In this document: positions 1-12,078 of the stretch, piece by piece
Position numbering within the stretch: position 1 is the stretch's first letter
Layout: each line of letters opens with the position of its first letter
The notes under the pieces: model-generated
Seen by the model: only the letters and a program-made list of their open reading frames with translations
Told to the model about the DNA's origin: nothing
Databases searched by the model: none
Source of the DNA: Leucoraja ocellata
Lineage: Eukaryota
Reading direction: 5' to 3'
Assembly (NCBI GenBank): GCA_036785375.1
Contig: JAWMAR010000077.1
Location: 1,612,001 to 1,676,000 of the forward strand
DNA: 64,000 nucleotides
Translations under genes and position numbers: made by a program

Positions 1-231
1 TGCGTCTACTACCCTCCCCCTAACCACAGCCTAACAAAACGTTGGGTTAATTCCATTAGTCAAAACACGGTTTCGAAGGTTGCAATCTCACACCCCAGTG
101 TAGGAGTATGACCAGTTTTAGAAGCAGGAGCAACTGTAGGAACTGGAACTGGAGCAAGAGCAGCTGTTGGTGCAGGAGCATGAGTGGGAACAGCGGTAGG
201 AGCAGGAACTGCAGTTGCCGTAGGAGTAAAC
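1..231 (-). mobile_element. Probable 3' end of an LTR (Gypsy-like) retrotransposon: Pro/Ala/Thr-rich pol tail plus polypurine tract
   Basis: Minus strand reads FTPTATAVPAPTAVPTHAPAP...ETVF* followed by a purine run AGGGGGAGGG at the window edge; cut off by the CR1 at ~232. Confidence 0.35.
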
Positions 232-1674
232 CTAAGAAGGGAGGGATGAGAGAAAACGGGGAATTACAGACCAGTTAGTCTAACATCGGTAGTGGGGAAA
301 CTGCTAGAGTCAGTTATTAAAGATGGGATAGCAGCACATTTGGAAAGTGGTGAAATCATTGGACAAAGTCAGCATGGATTTACGAAAGGTAAATCATGTC
401 TGACGAATCTTATAGAATTTTTCGAGGATGTAACTAGTAGCGTGGATAGAGGAGAACCAGTGGATGTGGTGTATCTGGACTTCCAGAAGGCTTTCGACAA
501 GGTCCCACATAAGAGATTAGTATACAAACTTAAAGCACAAGGCATTGGGGGTTCAGTATTGATGTGGATAGAGAACTGGCTGGCAAACAGGAAGCAAAGA
601 GTAGGAGTAAACGGGTCCTTTTCACAATGGCAGGCAGTGACTAGTGGGGTACCGCAAGGCTCAGTGCTGGGACCCCAGCTATTTACAATATATATTAATG
701 ATCTGGATGAGGGAATTGAAGGCAATATCTCCAAGTTTGCGGATGACACTAAGCTGGGGGGCAGTGTTAGCTGTGAGGAGGATGCTAGGAGACTGCAAGG
801 TGACTTGGATAGGCTGGGTGAGTGGGCAAATGTTTGGCAGATGCAGTATAATGTGGATAAATGTGAGGTTATCCATTTTGGTGGCAAAAACGGGAAAGCA
901 GACTATTATCTAAATGGTGGCCGATTGGGAAAGGAGGAAATGCAGCGAGACCTGGGTGTCATGGTACACCAGTCATTGAAGGTAGGCATGCAGGTGCAGC
1001 AGGCAGTAAAGAAAGCGAATGGTATGTTAGCTTTCATTGCAAAAGGATTTGAGTATAGGAGCAGGGAGGTTCTACTGCAGTTGTACAGGGTCTTGGTGAG
1101 ACCACACCTGGAGTATTGCGTACAGTTTTGGTCTCCAAATCTGAGGAAGGACATTATTGCCATAGAGGGAGTGCAGAGACGGTTCACCAGACTGATTCCT
1201 GGGATGTCAGGACTGTCTTATGAAGAAAGACTGGATAGACTTGGTTTATACTCTCTAGAATTTAGGAGATTGAGAGGGGATCTTATAGAAACTTACAAAA
1301 TTCTTAAGGGGTTGGACAGGCTAGATGCAGGAAGATTGTTCCCGATGTTAGGGAAGTCCAGGACAAGCGGTCACAGCTTAAGGATAAGGGGGAAATCCTT
1401 TGAAACCGAGATGAGAAGAACTTTTTTCACACAGAGCGTGGTGAATCTCTGGAACTCTCTGCCACAGAGGGTAGTTGGGGCCAGTTCATTGGCTATATTT
1501 AAGAGGGAGTTAGATGTGGCCCTTGTAGCTAAGGGGATCAGTGGGTATGGAGAGAAGGCAGGTACGGGATACTGAGTTGGATGATCAGCCATGATCATAT
1601 TGAATGGCAGTGCAGGCTCGAAGGGCCGAATGGCCTACTCCTGCACCTAATTTCTATGTTTCTATGTTTCTATG
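232..1674 (+). mobile_element. 5'-truncated CR1-clade LINE (RT C-terminal half, 3' UTR, (TTCTATGT)n tail)
   Basis: ORF 292-1575 has RT motifs YLDFQKAFDKV, GVPQGSVLGP, KFADD and the CR1 C-terminal RPHLEYC...LRGDLIE...TRGH; microsatellite tail ~1651-1674. Confidence 0.95.
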
Positions 1675-2859
1675 GTCTGTCCAACATGTCTCCTTCCAGT
1701 AATCCACATGGGTGGAGAATTCCAGAGATTCACATCACACTGTGAGAAGATTTGTTTTAACTACCCTCTTGAAAACAGTTTCGCTCGTCTGCAGGGGATT
1801 GTGAAGCGAATCCACGTGGGCTGTTAAAGTGATGGAAGGGTTTATTTGGCGGGGAATCTCCACCATCCAGCAGGCTGCCGCACTCAGGATATTCATGGAA
1901 TCAAAGGTGGGGAATAATGCTAGAAACGGCGCTGATGCAGAAGATCAGCCGTGAACGCAGAACCGGGGTTACGGATTCTCAACATACCAGCGGGGAGATG
2001 TGGGGGAGCACCACCCCACACATTCCCACACACTTTAACAGTCCGTAGTATGGCGAGCCCGCGTCCCGCACTGCAGGGCGCAGTGCTCCACAGACACAAC
2101 ATCTAATGCGTCGTATCTAATCCAGTCGGCACGCAGACAATAAAGTAGTTCAAGTTCAAATTCGCATTTATTGTCACTTAACCGATTACGGCACAGTGAA
2201 ATTTGAGTTACCATACAGCCATATTAAGCGAAAAGAACAAAATACACACATAATATGAAATTTAACATAAACATCCACCACAGTGGAATCATCATTCCTC
2301 ATTGTGAAGGAAGGCAATAAAGTTCAGCCATCTTCCTCCTTTATTCACCCGTGGTCGAGGCCTTTGAACCGTCGCATTCACCGCTGCCGACGGCCCGATG
2401 TTCAGGCCCTCTCGTCGGGAGGATCGAAACTCCGACGACCGGGAGAGGCTTTAAACACTGAAATATGCTAGCGGGAGGTAGAAGAACTTGCTCGGAAAGG
2501 CGGTCGTGCAGTTGGTGCAGAGGAGAGATACAGCAGAGGATAAGCACATGAGAATACATGTCTGAAATTTCGACCTGCAGCTTTAACTCTGTTTCTCTCT
2601 CCAGTATTACTGATTTCCATGTTAGATAAAGATCAGTCTTAATGCGAATGAAACGGCGAGGTCGGGGCAGACACAGGGACCGAGTGGCCTTTTGTACCAA
2701 TGGTCCGGAATAAATGGCTGAGGTAATTTCAACCTAATTTGTCGGTTGGAAAGGAAGGAAGAAATAACAGCTGTGTGCTTGCACCTCTCACACCCACTCT
2801 CCGAGATGAAACATGACGCCACCGGAATAACGCGAATCATTGTTGCGGGCTCAGCCGAG

Positions 2860-2968
2860 GAGAGGGTTGCGGGGCGGGTTCAGCGCCGACTCCAATAGCT
2901 GGCCGAGTGTGTTGAGGGAAGTCACTTAATTCCTCTCACTTTCTAAACAGCGATCCAGCTGAGCGAAC
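2860..2968 (+). promoter_or_regulatory. Candidate V1 promoter (GC box, CCAAT 2892-2896, E-box CAGCTG 2956-2961)
   Basis: Same motifs in the same order upstream of paralog V4 (CCAAT 25125-25129, CAGATG 25196-25201). Confidence 0.5.
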
Positions 2969-3396
2969 ATGTGGCTGTTTTCCTGTTTTTTCGTGCTAAG
3001 TTTGAGCTGTGCGTGTCAGATGGTTCTTCAGCTATGTATTGTCGGTCTCTCCCGTGGCACAGCCGATTTAATCAAAATCTGTTCTTTTTGCAGGCGGGTG
3101 TTTGGCCCAGACCCTGAACCAGCCCAAAGGATCGCTAACCTCGCCTGCCGGTAAAACAGTGCGAGTCTGGTGTCAAGTGAAAGACGGCCAAATTAGTGAC
3201 ACCAACCCCATTCACTGGTACCAACAGAAAGCCGGGCAGCCGATCGCTCGGATACTCTACTTTGGAAATAGCGTGGTGCGGGATCCGGGATTTGGGACAT
3301 CCTTCAACGGTGGGAAAACCACTGACACCGCATTCTACCTCGCAATTGAATTAACGGCTGACAAATCTGCCACCTATTACTGCGCCTGCTGGGTTA
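2969..3396 (+). CDS. TRGV: TCR gamma variable segment V1 (leader 2969-3008, intron 3009-3093, V exon 3094-3396)
   Basis: Leader MWLFSCFFVLSLS, phase-1 GTGCGT..TTTTTGCAG intron, in-frame V-set domain QTLNQP..WCQV..IHWYQQK..YYCACWV, followed by a 23-RSS. Confidence 0.88.
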
Positions 3397-3435
3397 CACA
3401 GCGTGTAACAGAAACACAATCTCCGCACAAAAAGC
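3397..3435 (+). other. 23-RSS of V1
   Basis: CACAGCG + 23 nt + ACAAAAAGC. Confidence 0.93.
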
Positions 3436-5981
3436 CAGAACACCTGTGTGCACCTGATCCGTAGACTGCAACAACACGCCGCTGCACCCCTCGCCTACTG
3501 CAACAACCCGCCGATGCACCCCTCGCCTACCGCTTCTCCCAGGGACAGGTGCTGGGGTCCGAGCGAGTAGCAGCCGCTAAAACGGCCCGGATCTCCAGTT
3601 ACAAGGAAGCGTTTCCGCTTCAACGATGAGACTGACCCTTGCGTTACCCAATTCCTGGAAGCTGTCCTCCCGCGGAACGGTGGGCGAGGGACTGGCCCGG
3701 CCGGTGTGGTGACAAATGGACTCGCTTTACCTACAGAGTTCCCAATCACCCGACTCTGACGCTGCTCGTCAGAAAACATCATCCCGGTTCCAAGACATTA
3801 CTGCAGGGCTATTTTCTTCCACCCAGAAATCTGCAATAAGCGTGTTCGGTATTCCGACAACGCATGCCCAGGTTATAGGTCACTAGCTATAAAACAGCCT
3901 TGGCAACGGTGATGCTGCATTGTGTGCAGGCGCGTTTCGTCAGTAGTCGGGGTTGGCCCTCCGTCGCTGCGGGTGCTGTTGGGCCGTCCCCTCCCCGGTG
4001 TCCCGTCCCTGCCTGGAGGTGTCCGGGTTGGCCCTGGGCTGGCGAGGCGACCCTGGACTTGCAGCCGCTGGCTCCAGCTCGGCCCTGCCTGTCCCACCGG
4101 GTTAGCCCCAGCAGCCCTCCACCTCCACCTCCTCCCCTCAGTCGGACTCGTACTGTTGCCACGCAACGCCAACTGGAGTACATGCGGTGAACTGCAGGTA
4201 AGCGTGTCTTTGGTAAGCACTTACCCTGGTTTCCAGTGAAGGGGCCCGTCTTCTATCCCAGCTTCCGGACTCCACGCAGACTAGATCCACAATCGTGGAC
4301 CCCGGCCATCTATCCCCCGGCCGCTTACACCTTGGTGTTCGGGTTCAGTGCAAAGATAGTAGGGCATTTGGTTCAGAGCGCTCAGTCACCCTCCACAATT
4401 ATTTACAGCGCAAAAATTGACCATTTCGGCGGTTTTAACAAGTAAGAAAGTACGCGTTTCGTGTGTTAACAGTGTATGCGGGAGGCTGCCATGTCCTCCA
4501 GATGGATTGAGCTGCTCCGTGCGTCACGCCCTTTGACCCGATGACCTTACATGCAGCCCCCTATAGCGCTGAGATCTATTTACTGTTATAGCTTACGGCC
4601 TTTGACAAATCCTATGTTTCCTTGTGTTTTTCGAAATACCGAACTCACTTATCGTTTCATCAATGAACTCCGTCTGTGTAACAAGTGCACCAAGAAGTGA
4701 CAATCTACAGCAAGTGAGTCTAATGAAACATCCTCGCTATTCCATGGCCAGAAAAAGTGAACTGGACCAGCCACTTCACTACTGGGGCAACGCGTACAAG
4801 ACTAGATATCATGGGATGACATTTAAGGATGAGTTTAGCTCCAAACATCTCTCAAAAAGCTCAACACCATCTAGGAAAAGACATTCAAGAGTCTAGAGTT
4901 TAATTGTCATGTGCACAGGGACCAGGCCAACAAAGCTACTGCTTTACAGACATATTAAATGCAACACTACAAACAATTATACTATAAATTCTCAGTTAAA
5001 GCAGCTAGCTAGACCACAATAGTATAAGACAAAGTAAGTAGTGGAACCTTATGGAAAGTTCGTAGTAGTTTGGTGCTGAGGTCAGGTTGTGCAATAAGAC
5101 TCAAAAGCCTGATAAATAATGAAAAATCTTCTTTCCAATGGTAACAGCAAGAGCATGTTTCAGGTGGTGTGGATCTTTAATGATCTACTCCTGTAGATCC
5201 CGTTAGTGGTGGAGAGGTCAATATCTGTAGAGTTGCCAGGCTGTATGCTCTCCACCTATAGTAAATCACAAGAGTATTCAGTACTATGCCAAATCTCCTC
5301 AAAATTCTGAGGCAGTAGAGATGTTGGCGAGTTTTATTTTGTAATTGCATCATTATACTGGGCCCAGGATAGATCATCGGAGATCTGTGCATGAAGGAAC
5401 CTGAAGCTGTTGACTCTCTATACTGCCACCCCACTAATGAAGACAGGTGTAAGGACACCTCAGTTTTCCCTTCCTGATGAAAAATTAGCTCATTGGTCTT
5501 GCTAACATTGAGAGCGAGTTTGTTGTTCTGGTACCACTCAACCAGATTATTATTTTCACTCCTATACTCTGACATCCTTACCATTATTCATCCAACATTG
5601 GTGGTGTCATGTGTGAATTTAAATTTTGTGTTGGAGCTGTGTCTGGCTGCACAGTCACGAGTATAGAAATGGTAGGGGATGACTGAGCATGAGGTCTTCA
5701 TGTGCTTCTCAAGGTCAGTGTGGAGGAGTTGCGTTTGCCAATTCATACCAATTGAATTCTGCCAATGAGGAAGTTAAGGATTTTACTTCGGAGTCACGTG
5801 AGTGACTACGTGAAGAACCCGCCATGGCGCATGCGAGTCATATCGCTACATGCATTGCGAAACGACAGGCGGGGTGGAACGACGTTCCCCCGCAGCGGCA
5901 AGTTTAAAATCCGGGACCGACAGGTAAGTGGTTACTCTGCGGTCTTTATTTTTCCCATACTGTTTCACAGGTGGGAAAACG

Positions 5982-7195
5982 ATGAACAAATCCAAAAAAT
6001 CAACCAGAGCTGCGACAAAGCTGGCGGGGGAGGACCGCGGAGTTGCGGGCAGCCAGCAGCGGCCGGCACAGGAATCACACGTAATGGGATCAGCTGTGCC
6101 CGACTTAACCCCGCACCTGCCAGATCAACACCGCGTCCGGGCGGGAAGGCAAAAAGAAAAACAAACGGAGCCGTTGACTCTGAGGAGTCCGACTTTGAGG
6201 AGCCACGAGCAGCCAGCGACCGTGCGCGCTGGAGCCGGATGGAGCGGCTCATGGAGCAAATGCTCCAACGTGACAGACTCCGGGAGATGGAGTCTAGTCA
6301 CCGTGGGTCATATATAACACCCACAGCAGCACCTTACCTAGGGCTGCACAGTGCATCTCCCTCGTCAGAGGGGTGTACTGGGGGTCAATTCTGGGCTGAC
6401 CCCGAAGAGGGGTTTGCTGAACAAACTACAAGTGTGTAGGGGGTGCAGGAAGGCGAAAATCTACTGGACATGGTGTCCAACTACATACAGCCGGATCAGA
6501 CTGGACGGAACCTAGAACAGAAACTAGCTGCCAGCATTGATGTCCTGTCATTCAAGCAACTACAGGAACAGGCTGTGATGGACACCACTGCCAAATATCT
6601 GGCACCAGGAAATTGCGTATCCCTGAATGTTCCAGTCGTGAATAATTGTATCTGGAAATACGTCGGAGCAGCAGTTAGAAGCATGGATGTCAAGCTCCAG
6701 AGAATACTAAAACTACTAACAGCAGGGATCACAGCATTCGCTCGCACAGTGGATGGGAAGGAAATGTCGCAAGAACAACAGGATGTACTGGCATTATTCT
6801 GCAATACGCAGTATGAAATGTCAGAAAAAGTGCCATCCGACCTGCCTTAAATCCAAAATTTTCAGGCCTGTGCAAACCTGGAGACACAAAGCCACCAATA
6901 TTATTATTTGGTGGAAACCTGTCCAAGCAGGTTAAGGAGCTCGATGAGGCGGCAAAAACCCTGGGGCTCATAAAGGCGACAACAGCAAAGACTTCCCACA
7001 GCCACAAACAGCACTCTTACGCACCCACCAGCAGAACAGGAGAAGCTGGTAAAAGCTCAAAGGCACGGCATACAGGACAGCGGTCTTTTTTAGGCCATGG
7101 CCCAGACCGGCCTTCGTGGAAAATGCGCAAACCCCAAACCCAAACCCAGACACCGGCACCTCAACCTCCTCGAAGACCACACAGGAAGAAGTAAA
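5982..7195 (+). pseudogene. DIRS gag-like ORF1 (frameshifts and stops)
   Basis: Fragments 5765-6439, 6443-6850 (..PGNCVSLNVPVVNNCIW..DVKLQRI..) located upstream of RT. Confidence 0.6.
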
Positions 7196-8690
7196 CCTTC
7201 CACTGGTAACCATGGAGGTAGGTGGGTTTGGTCCCTTACAAATTATAGGAAGTGTGGAAAATACACATATCGGTGGGAGATTACACTTCTTTTGGGAGGC
7301 ATGGAGTGCATTGACAACAGACACTTATATCCTAAACAGTATCCAGGGATATACCATTGAATTTGAGCACAAAAATAGCCCCCCAGTTCAGCATGTACCG
7401 AACCGAATGTTCGTACTTTCATGAAAAGAAAAATTAGAAGCACATGCTGAACTGGTGAGACTTCACGCAAAGGGGGTAATTGAAAAATCCCAACAAATAA
7501 TTCTCTGGAATTTGTGTCTAATATCTTTACCAAAAACAAAAAAGATGGTGCTTGTCGCATTATCATAGATTTGACCAACTTGAATACATATGTGGAATAT
7601 ATTCATTTCAAAATGGAAACCTTAGTTACTGCCAAACAATTGATTTCCAAAGGCTACTTCATGGCTAGCATCGAATTAAAAGATGCTTACTATTCAGTGC
7701 CTATACGGACTGACCACAGACGTTATTTAAAATCCAACTGGATGGGGCAGCGTTGGCAGTATAGAGCTCTACCAAATGGATTAACATCAGCCCCCAGGCT
7801 GTTTACAAAGATTTTGAAACCAGCCCTAGCGTTTCTTCGGAAACAAAAACATATGATCATGGCCTGTCTAAATGACATATTGATTGTGGGCAAAACTTTG
7901 GAACTAGCCAAACTAGCTGTACCAGCCACCAAACAATTGTTTGAGAAACTGGGGTTTATCATCCATCCAGTTAAATCTAAACTAACGCCTTCCACCATAA
8001 TGGATTATTTGGGGGGTCACTATTGACTCAGTTCACATGTCAGTGACTTTACCAAAGGACAAGGCTACAGTCTTAATTGAGGCCTGCAACAACCTCATTG
8101 ACATCAGTGAACCACTATCAGATTGGTAGCAAGGGTGATTGGCAAAATAGTGGCTGCTTTTCCAGCCACACAATTTGGACCTTTGTATTATCAAAATTTA
8201 CAAAGGGCAAAAGTACAAGCATTCAAAATTAATGCTGGTCATTTCGACAGACCAATGAAGCTGCCAATCAAAGCAATTATGGAATTAAAATTGTGGAGGG
8301 ATAACATTTGACATTGTTCCAGCCCTATTATTATCAGCAACCGCTCAGTGGTACTACAAACTGATGCCAGTGCGTTTGGTTGGGGTGCAACCAATTCCAT
8401 CTCCAGTGTGGAGGTAGATGGAATGCACAGGAGGCATCATTACTACAGACACTTGGCATAAACTACCTGGAAATGTTGGATGCGTTCTATGGCCTAAAGT
8501 CATACTATTCTGGAATATATCACCAGCATGTTAGACTACAGATTGACAATACCACCGTGGTGGCATATATTAACCATATGGGTGGAATCAAATCGACATC
8601 ATGTGACAATCTGGATAATACAATTTGGCAATGGTGTATCTAGAGAAATATTTGGATATCAGCTACTTACCTACCAGGTAACCTAAATTC
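7116..8690 (+). pseudogene. DIRS reverse transcriptase / RNase H (disrupted)
   Basis: GGRLHFFWEAW, KKDGACRIIIDL, HFKMET, LKDAYY, LPNGLTSAPRLFTK, degenerate catalytic CLND, TDAS..GWG, INYLEM, DNTTVVAYINHMGG; several stops and frameshifts. Confidence 0.9.
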
Positions 8691-8691
8691 A

Positions 8692-9138
8692 GTGGCAGAC
8701 ACCAGGTCACGCAAATTCAATGAAAACATCGAATGGATGTTGGATATAAAAGTATTTGCTGAAATTGTAGCACGGTATGGAACACCAGATATCGATCTAT
8801 TTGCATCTAGACTCAATCACCAGTTACCAAACTACGTTTCTTGGGAACCAGACCCTGGGGCATCAGCGATAGATGCTTTTTCGCTGCATTGGGGGAAATT
8901 GTTTTTCTATGCATTCCCTCCTTTTGTCTCATCAGTCGGGTATTATGCAAAATACAACAAGTCTGGTATTTTGGTAGTGCCCGGTTGGCCTACTCAACCA
9001 TGGTTCCCTGTGATACTCGACATGGTCTTAGAACCATGTATCACCATCCTGAAACGACCAGATTTGTTGGTTCATCCCGTAACTGGGGATAGCCATCCAT
9101 GTCATAAAACGACAAACATATTAAGTTGTAGAGTCTAA
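8692..9138 (+). pseudogene. DIRS phage-type N6-adenine methyltransferase-like domain
   Basis: IDLFASRLNHQL..DAFSLHW..YAFPPF..WPTQPWFP motifs typical of the DIRS1 MT domain. Confidence 0.85.
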
Positions 9139-9170
9139 AGAGACCTCAACTGGGACTGACGGACCGAACA

Positions 9171-10446
9171 TTGAACATTATCTCAGCGGCTCACAGGCAG
9201 TCCACCAAAAAACAATATATGGTATACATCAGGAAATGGGAGATATATTGCCACAGAAACAACATCACTTACAGCTCGATGAACATAGCTTCTGTTCTGG
9301 AATTCCTGGCAGGCCTCCATTATGATGTGGACAAGCTTTTCCCTTTGAGAATAGGGAAGATTCAAACAAGAGGACATGACTTCAGAATTAAGGGACAGAA
9401 GTTTAGGGGTAATATGAGGGGGAACTTCTTTACTCAGAGAGTGGTAGCGGTGTGGAATGAGCTTCCAGTGGAAGTGGTGGAGGCAGGTTCATTGGTATCA
9501 TTTAAAAATAAATTGGATAGGCATATGGATGAGAAGGGAATGGAGGGTTATGATATGAGTGCAGGCAGGTGGGACTATGGGGAAAAAAAAATTGTTCGGC
9601 ACGGACTTGTAGGGCCGAGATGGCCTGTTTCCGTGCTGTAATTGTTATATGGTTATATGGTTATATGATGAGGGGCCCAGTTAAAGTGCCATTAACTGCG
9701 CCAGAAGTGCCCTTTCAGCATATCTATGGCAAGGATCAGAACGGCATTCTGTTGGGACTCACCCCCTGGTAACCAAACTTATGAGGGGAATTTTTAATAT
9801 CAATCCCCCAAGAACCAGGTACTCTCAAATATGGGATGTGAGTATTGTCCTAACGTTCCTAAGGAACTGGTCTCCAGCAACAGCTCTATCCCTGCAAAAG
9901 CTGACGCATAAAACAGTCATGCTGATGGCTTTGGTCACAGCACAAAGGGTACAGTCTTTACATAAGTTAAGGCTGGACAATACGACTTCTTCAACAAAAA
10001 ATATAACTTTTCATATTCACGAATTAGTCAAACAGAACAGACCGGGATCATCAGGCCTCAAAATAGAATTCGGGGCCTACCCTATAGATGATCGTCTCAG
10101 TATAATAAGACATTTATTGTTATATATGGAGAACACCAAAAACATCAGAGGCAATGAGATGGCATTACTAATCAGCCACAAGCAACCCCACAAAAAAGTG
10201 TTGGTTCAAACTATTTCCAGATGGCTGAAACCGGTTTTAACAACAGCTGGGGTGGATACTAACATATTCAAATCTCATTCCATCAGGGCTGCAGCTACAT
10301 CGGCAGCTATGGAGTTGGACATACCGATGGACCAAATCCTGGAGACAGCAGGATGGTCAAAGGAAAAAACGTTCCAACAATTCTACCATAAACCAGTGGT
10401 TAAACCTGGAACTTTTGCAGAATCAATTTTAAGTTCTGTAATATGA
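9171..10446 (+). pseudogene. DIRS tyrosine recombinase, interrupted by a CR1 tail and a stop codon
   Basis: QRVQSL, ELVKQ, HSIRAAATS, AGW..TFQQFYHK catalytic motifs; removing the 9328-9663 insert gives YDEGPS*SAINCARSALS. Confidence 0.9.
9328..9663 (+). mobile_element. 5'-truncated CR1-type LINE tail inserted in the YR gene
   Basis: DKLFP..TRGH..FFTQRVV remnant, (TTATATGG)n tail, TSD TATGATG at 9321-9327 and 9664-9670. Confidence 0.85.
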
Positions 10447-10615
10447 TTTCACCCCATAAAATAGGGGCTATAATTTGTTGTTAATAAATTTATCATGGAT
10501 TTTCAATATATCAGATTCATGTTTAAACATGTTAACACAATTCCTCCCTTAGTCAATTAAGACAGATGTGATGCATGGACTCGTTTCCACGGCATGAAAT
10601 CACAGAGCTTTGAAA

Positions 10616-10728
10616 TCTTCACGTAGTCACTCACGTGACTCCAAAGTAAAATAGTAAGATTAAACGAGAACTTACCAGTTCGAAGTTTGATCATTATTTT
10701 ATGAGGAGTAACGTTGAGGGATTACGTG
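10616..10728. repeat. DIRS internal complementary region (ICR)
   Basis: 10616-10651 is the reverse complement of the left end (5781-5816); 10652-10728 is the reverse complement of the right end (10867-10943). Confidence 0.93.
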
Positions 10729-11377
10729 CCCTCCGCTCCCACCCTTGATCATAAAGTTCAACTGGTATCCTCTTCTCTAATCTTACTATGTTCAGTCATT
10801 TACTGTTATCTGTGATTTCACACCGCTGCTTTGAAGAATGACACGCTTGCGCTCTGGCGGGTTCTTCACGTAATCCCTCAACGTTACTCCTCATAAAATA
10901 ATGATCAATCTTCGAACTGGTAAGTTCTCGTTTAATCTTACTATTCAATTGTATTGTGCCAAGCAGAGATCAATTTCCCTGCATTTAACAATAGGTTTGG
11001 AAGGGGTGATGGAGGGTATGTATTTGTGTTGTCCAAGTGGTCCAGTGCCGAGTGGAGAGCCAACAATGTCACATCCATTATTGATCTTCTGTGGTGAATT
11101 GAAGTGAATTGAAGTGAGTCCATATCATTACCAAGGCATTAATTGATACTGGTCACAACCAAACCCTCAAAGCACTTCATCACAAGAGACATGCCACTTG
11201 TCGGTAGTCATTGAGGCATATAACTTGCTCTTCTTTGGCATTGGTATTACGGGATCTTGGACAATTGTAATAAGAGGTTGAAAATGTCTGCAAGAGCTCC
11301 AGCCATTTAGTCCGCAGTGACCAGCGACATCATCAGGAGTGGATGCCTGCCGAGGGTTCACCCTCACCACACCACTA

Positions 11378-12078
11378 GGGGCGCTAAACGATTGCCAGCC
11401 CCGCCAACAGTCTATTTGTTTTTCGTCTTTTTAAAATTTTTTAGTGCATTTTATAAGTTTTGTGTAAATGTTCTCTGGTTTGTTTTATGTGGGGGGTGAT
11501 CTTTTTTTCAGTTCCTACCTTGAAAGGAGACACGATGTTTCCAGGTCGCATCTCGGGTCGCTCTGCGGCCTGTCGTCGATGGAGCTGGAGGTCTCTTCGG
11601 ACTGACCTTGGGCCCCATTCCAGGGCGTGGACTTAATATTGGAGCTGCTCCCTTGCCAGGGATCGCTCCAACAGTGGCCTGCAGATTTACCATCAAGAGC
11701 TTGCAATCTCGGGAGAGGCTAATCGAGAGCTCCGATGTACGCAGTGGCTCGACCAGCCCCGACGCGGGGTTCGATCGGCCAGCGCGGGGGGGGGAGCTGA
11801 CATCCCCCTGATGCAGGAGCTGGATCGCCCTGACGTGGAGATCATCCCGTGAATGGAGGGCTCGAGGCCCCCGACCGAGAGCTAAGGGAAGAGATTGAAC
11901 TTTGTTTTGCCTTCCATCACAGTGAGGAATGTGGGGTCTCTGTGGTGGACGTTTATGTTAAAATGTGTTTTGTGTGTTCTGTTGCTTTTTATTTGTATGA
12001 CTGACTTGGCAAATGAAATTCCTCGTATGTTGCAAAACATACTTGGCTAATAAAGTATTATTGTGATTGTGATTGTGA
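11378..12078 (+). mobile_element. Non-autonomous retroposon with (TTGTGA)n tail
   Basis: GC-rich body, AATAAA, then TTGTGA repeats at ~12060-12078. Confidence 0.45.

Larger units (their letters stand above)
5781..10943 (+). mobile_element. Full-length, inactivated DIRS1-type tyrosine-recombinase retrotransposon
   Basis: Non-identical inverted termini (~5806-5841 vs ~10838-10872), internal complementary region 10616-10728, gag-like, RT/RNase H, methyltransferase and YR ORFs, no TSD. Confidence 0.93.
4885..11370 (-). mobile_element. Degenerate Rex1/Babar-like LINE (~4885-5780 and 10944-11370) split by the DIRS element
   Basis: Minus-strand remnants ..EWYQNNKLALNVSKTNEL.. and ..ALHSALDHLDN..; the two flanks of the DIRS join into continuous LINE sequence matching the copy at ~33590. 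Confidence 0.75.

Noticed and set aside
369-1598. Antisense ORFs over CR1 copies (also 58905-60134 and others)
   Set aside because: Shadow ORFs repeated in every CR1 copy; not independent genes.
3465-3529. 32-bp tandem duplication after the V1 RSS
   Set aside because: Two-copy slippage absent from paralog V4; no functional indication.
3873-4590. Overlapping GC-rich ORFs on both strands downstream of V1
   Set aside because: No recognisable domain; probably a non-autonomous DNA-element remnant (TAGCT at both sides) but the termini are too imperfect to call.
6745-6783. Cryptic 23-RSS CACAGTG-23-ACAACAGGA in DIRS gag
   Set aside because: Nonamer matches only 5 of 9 and breaks the A-tract; no adjacent V exon.
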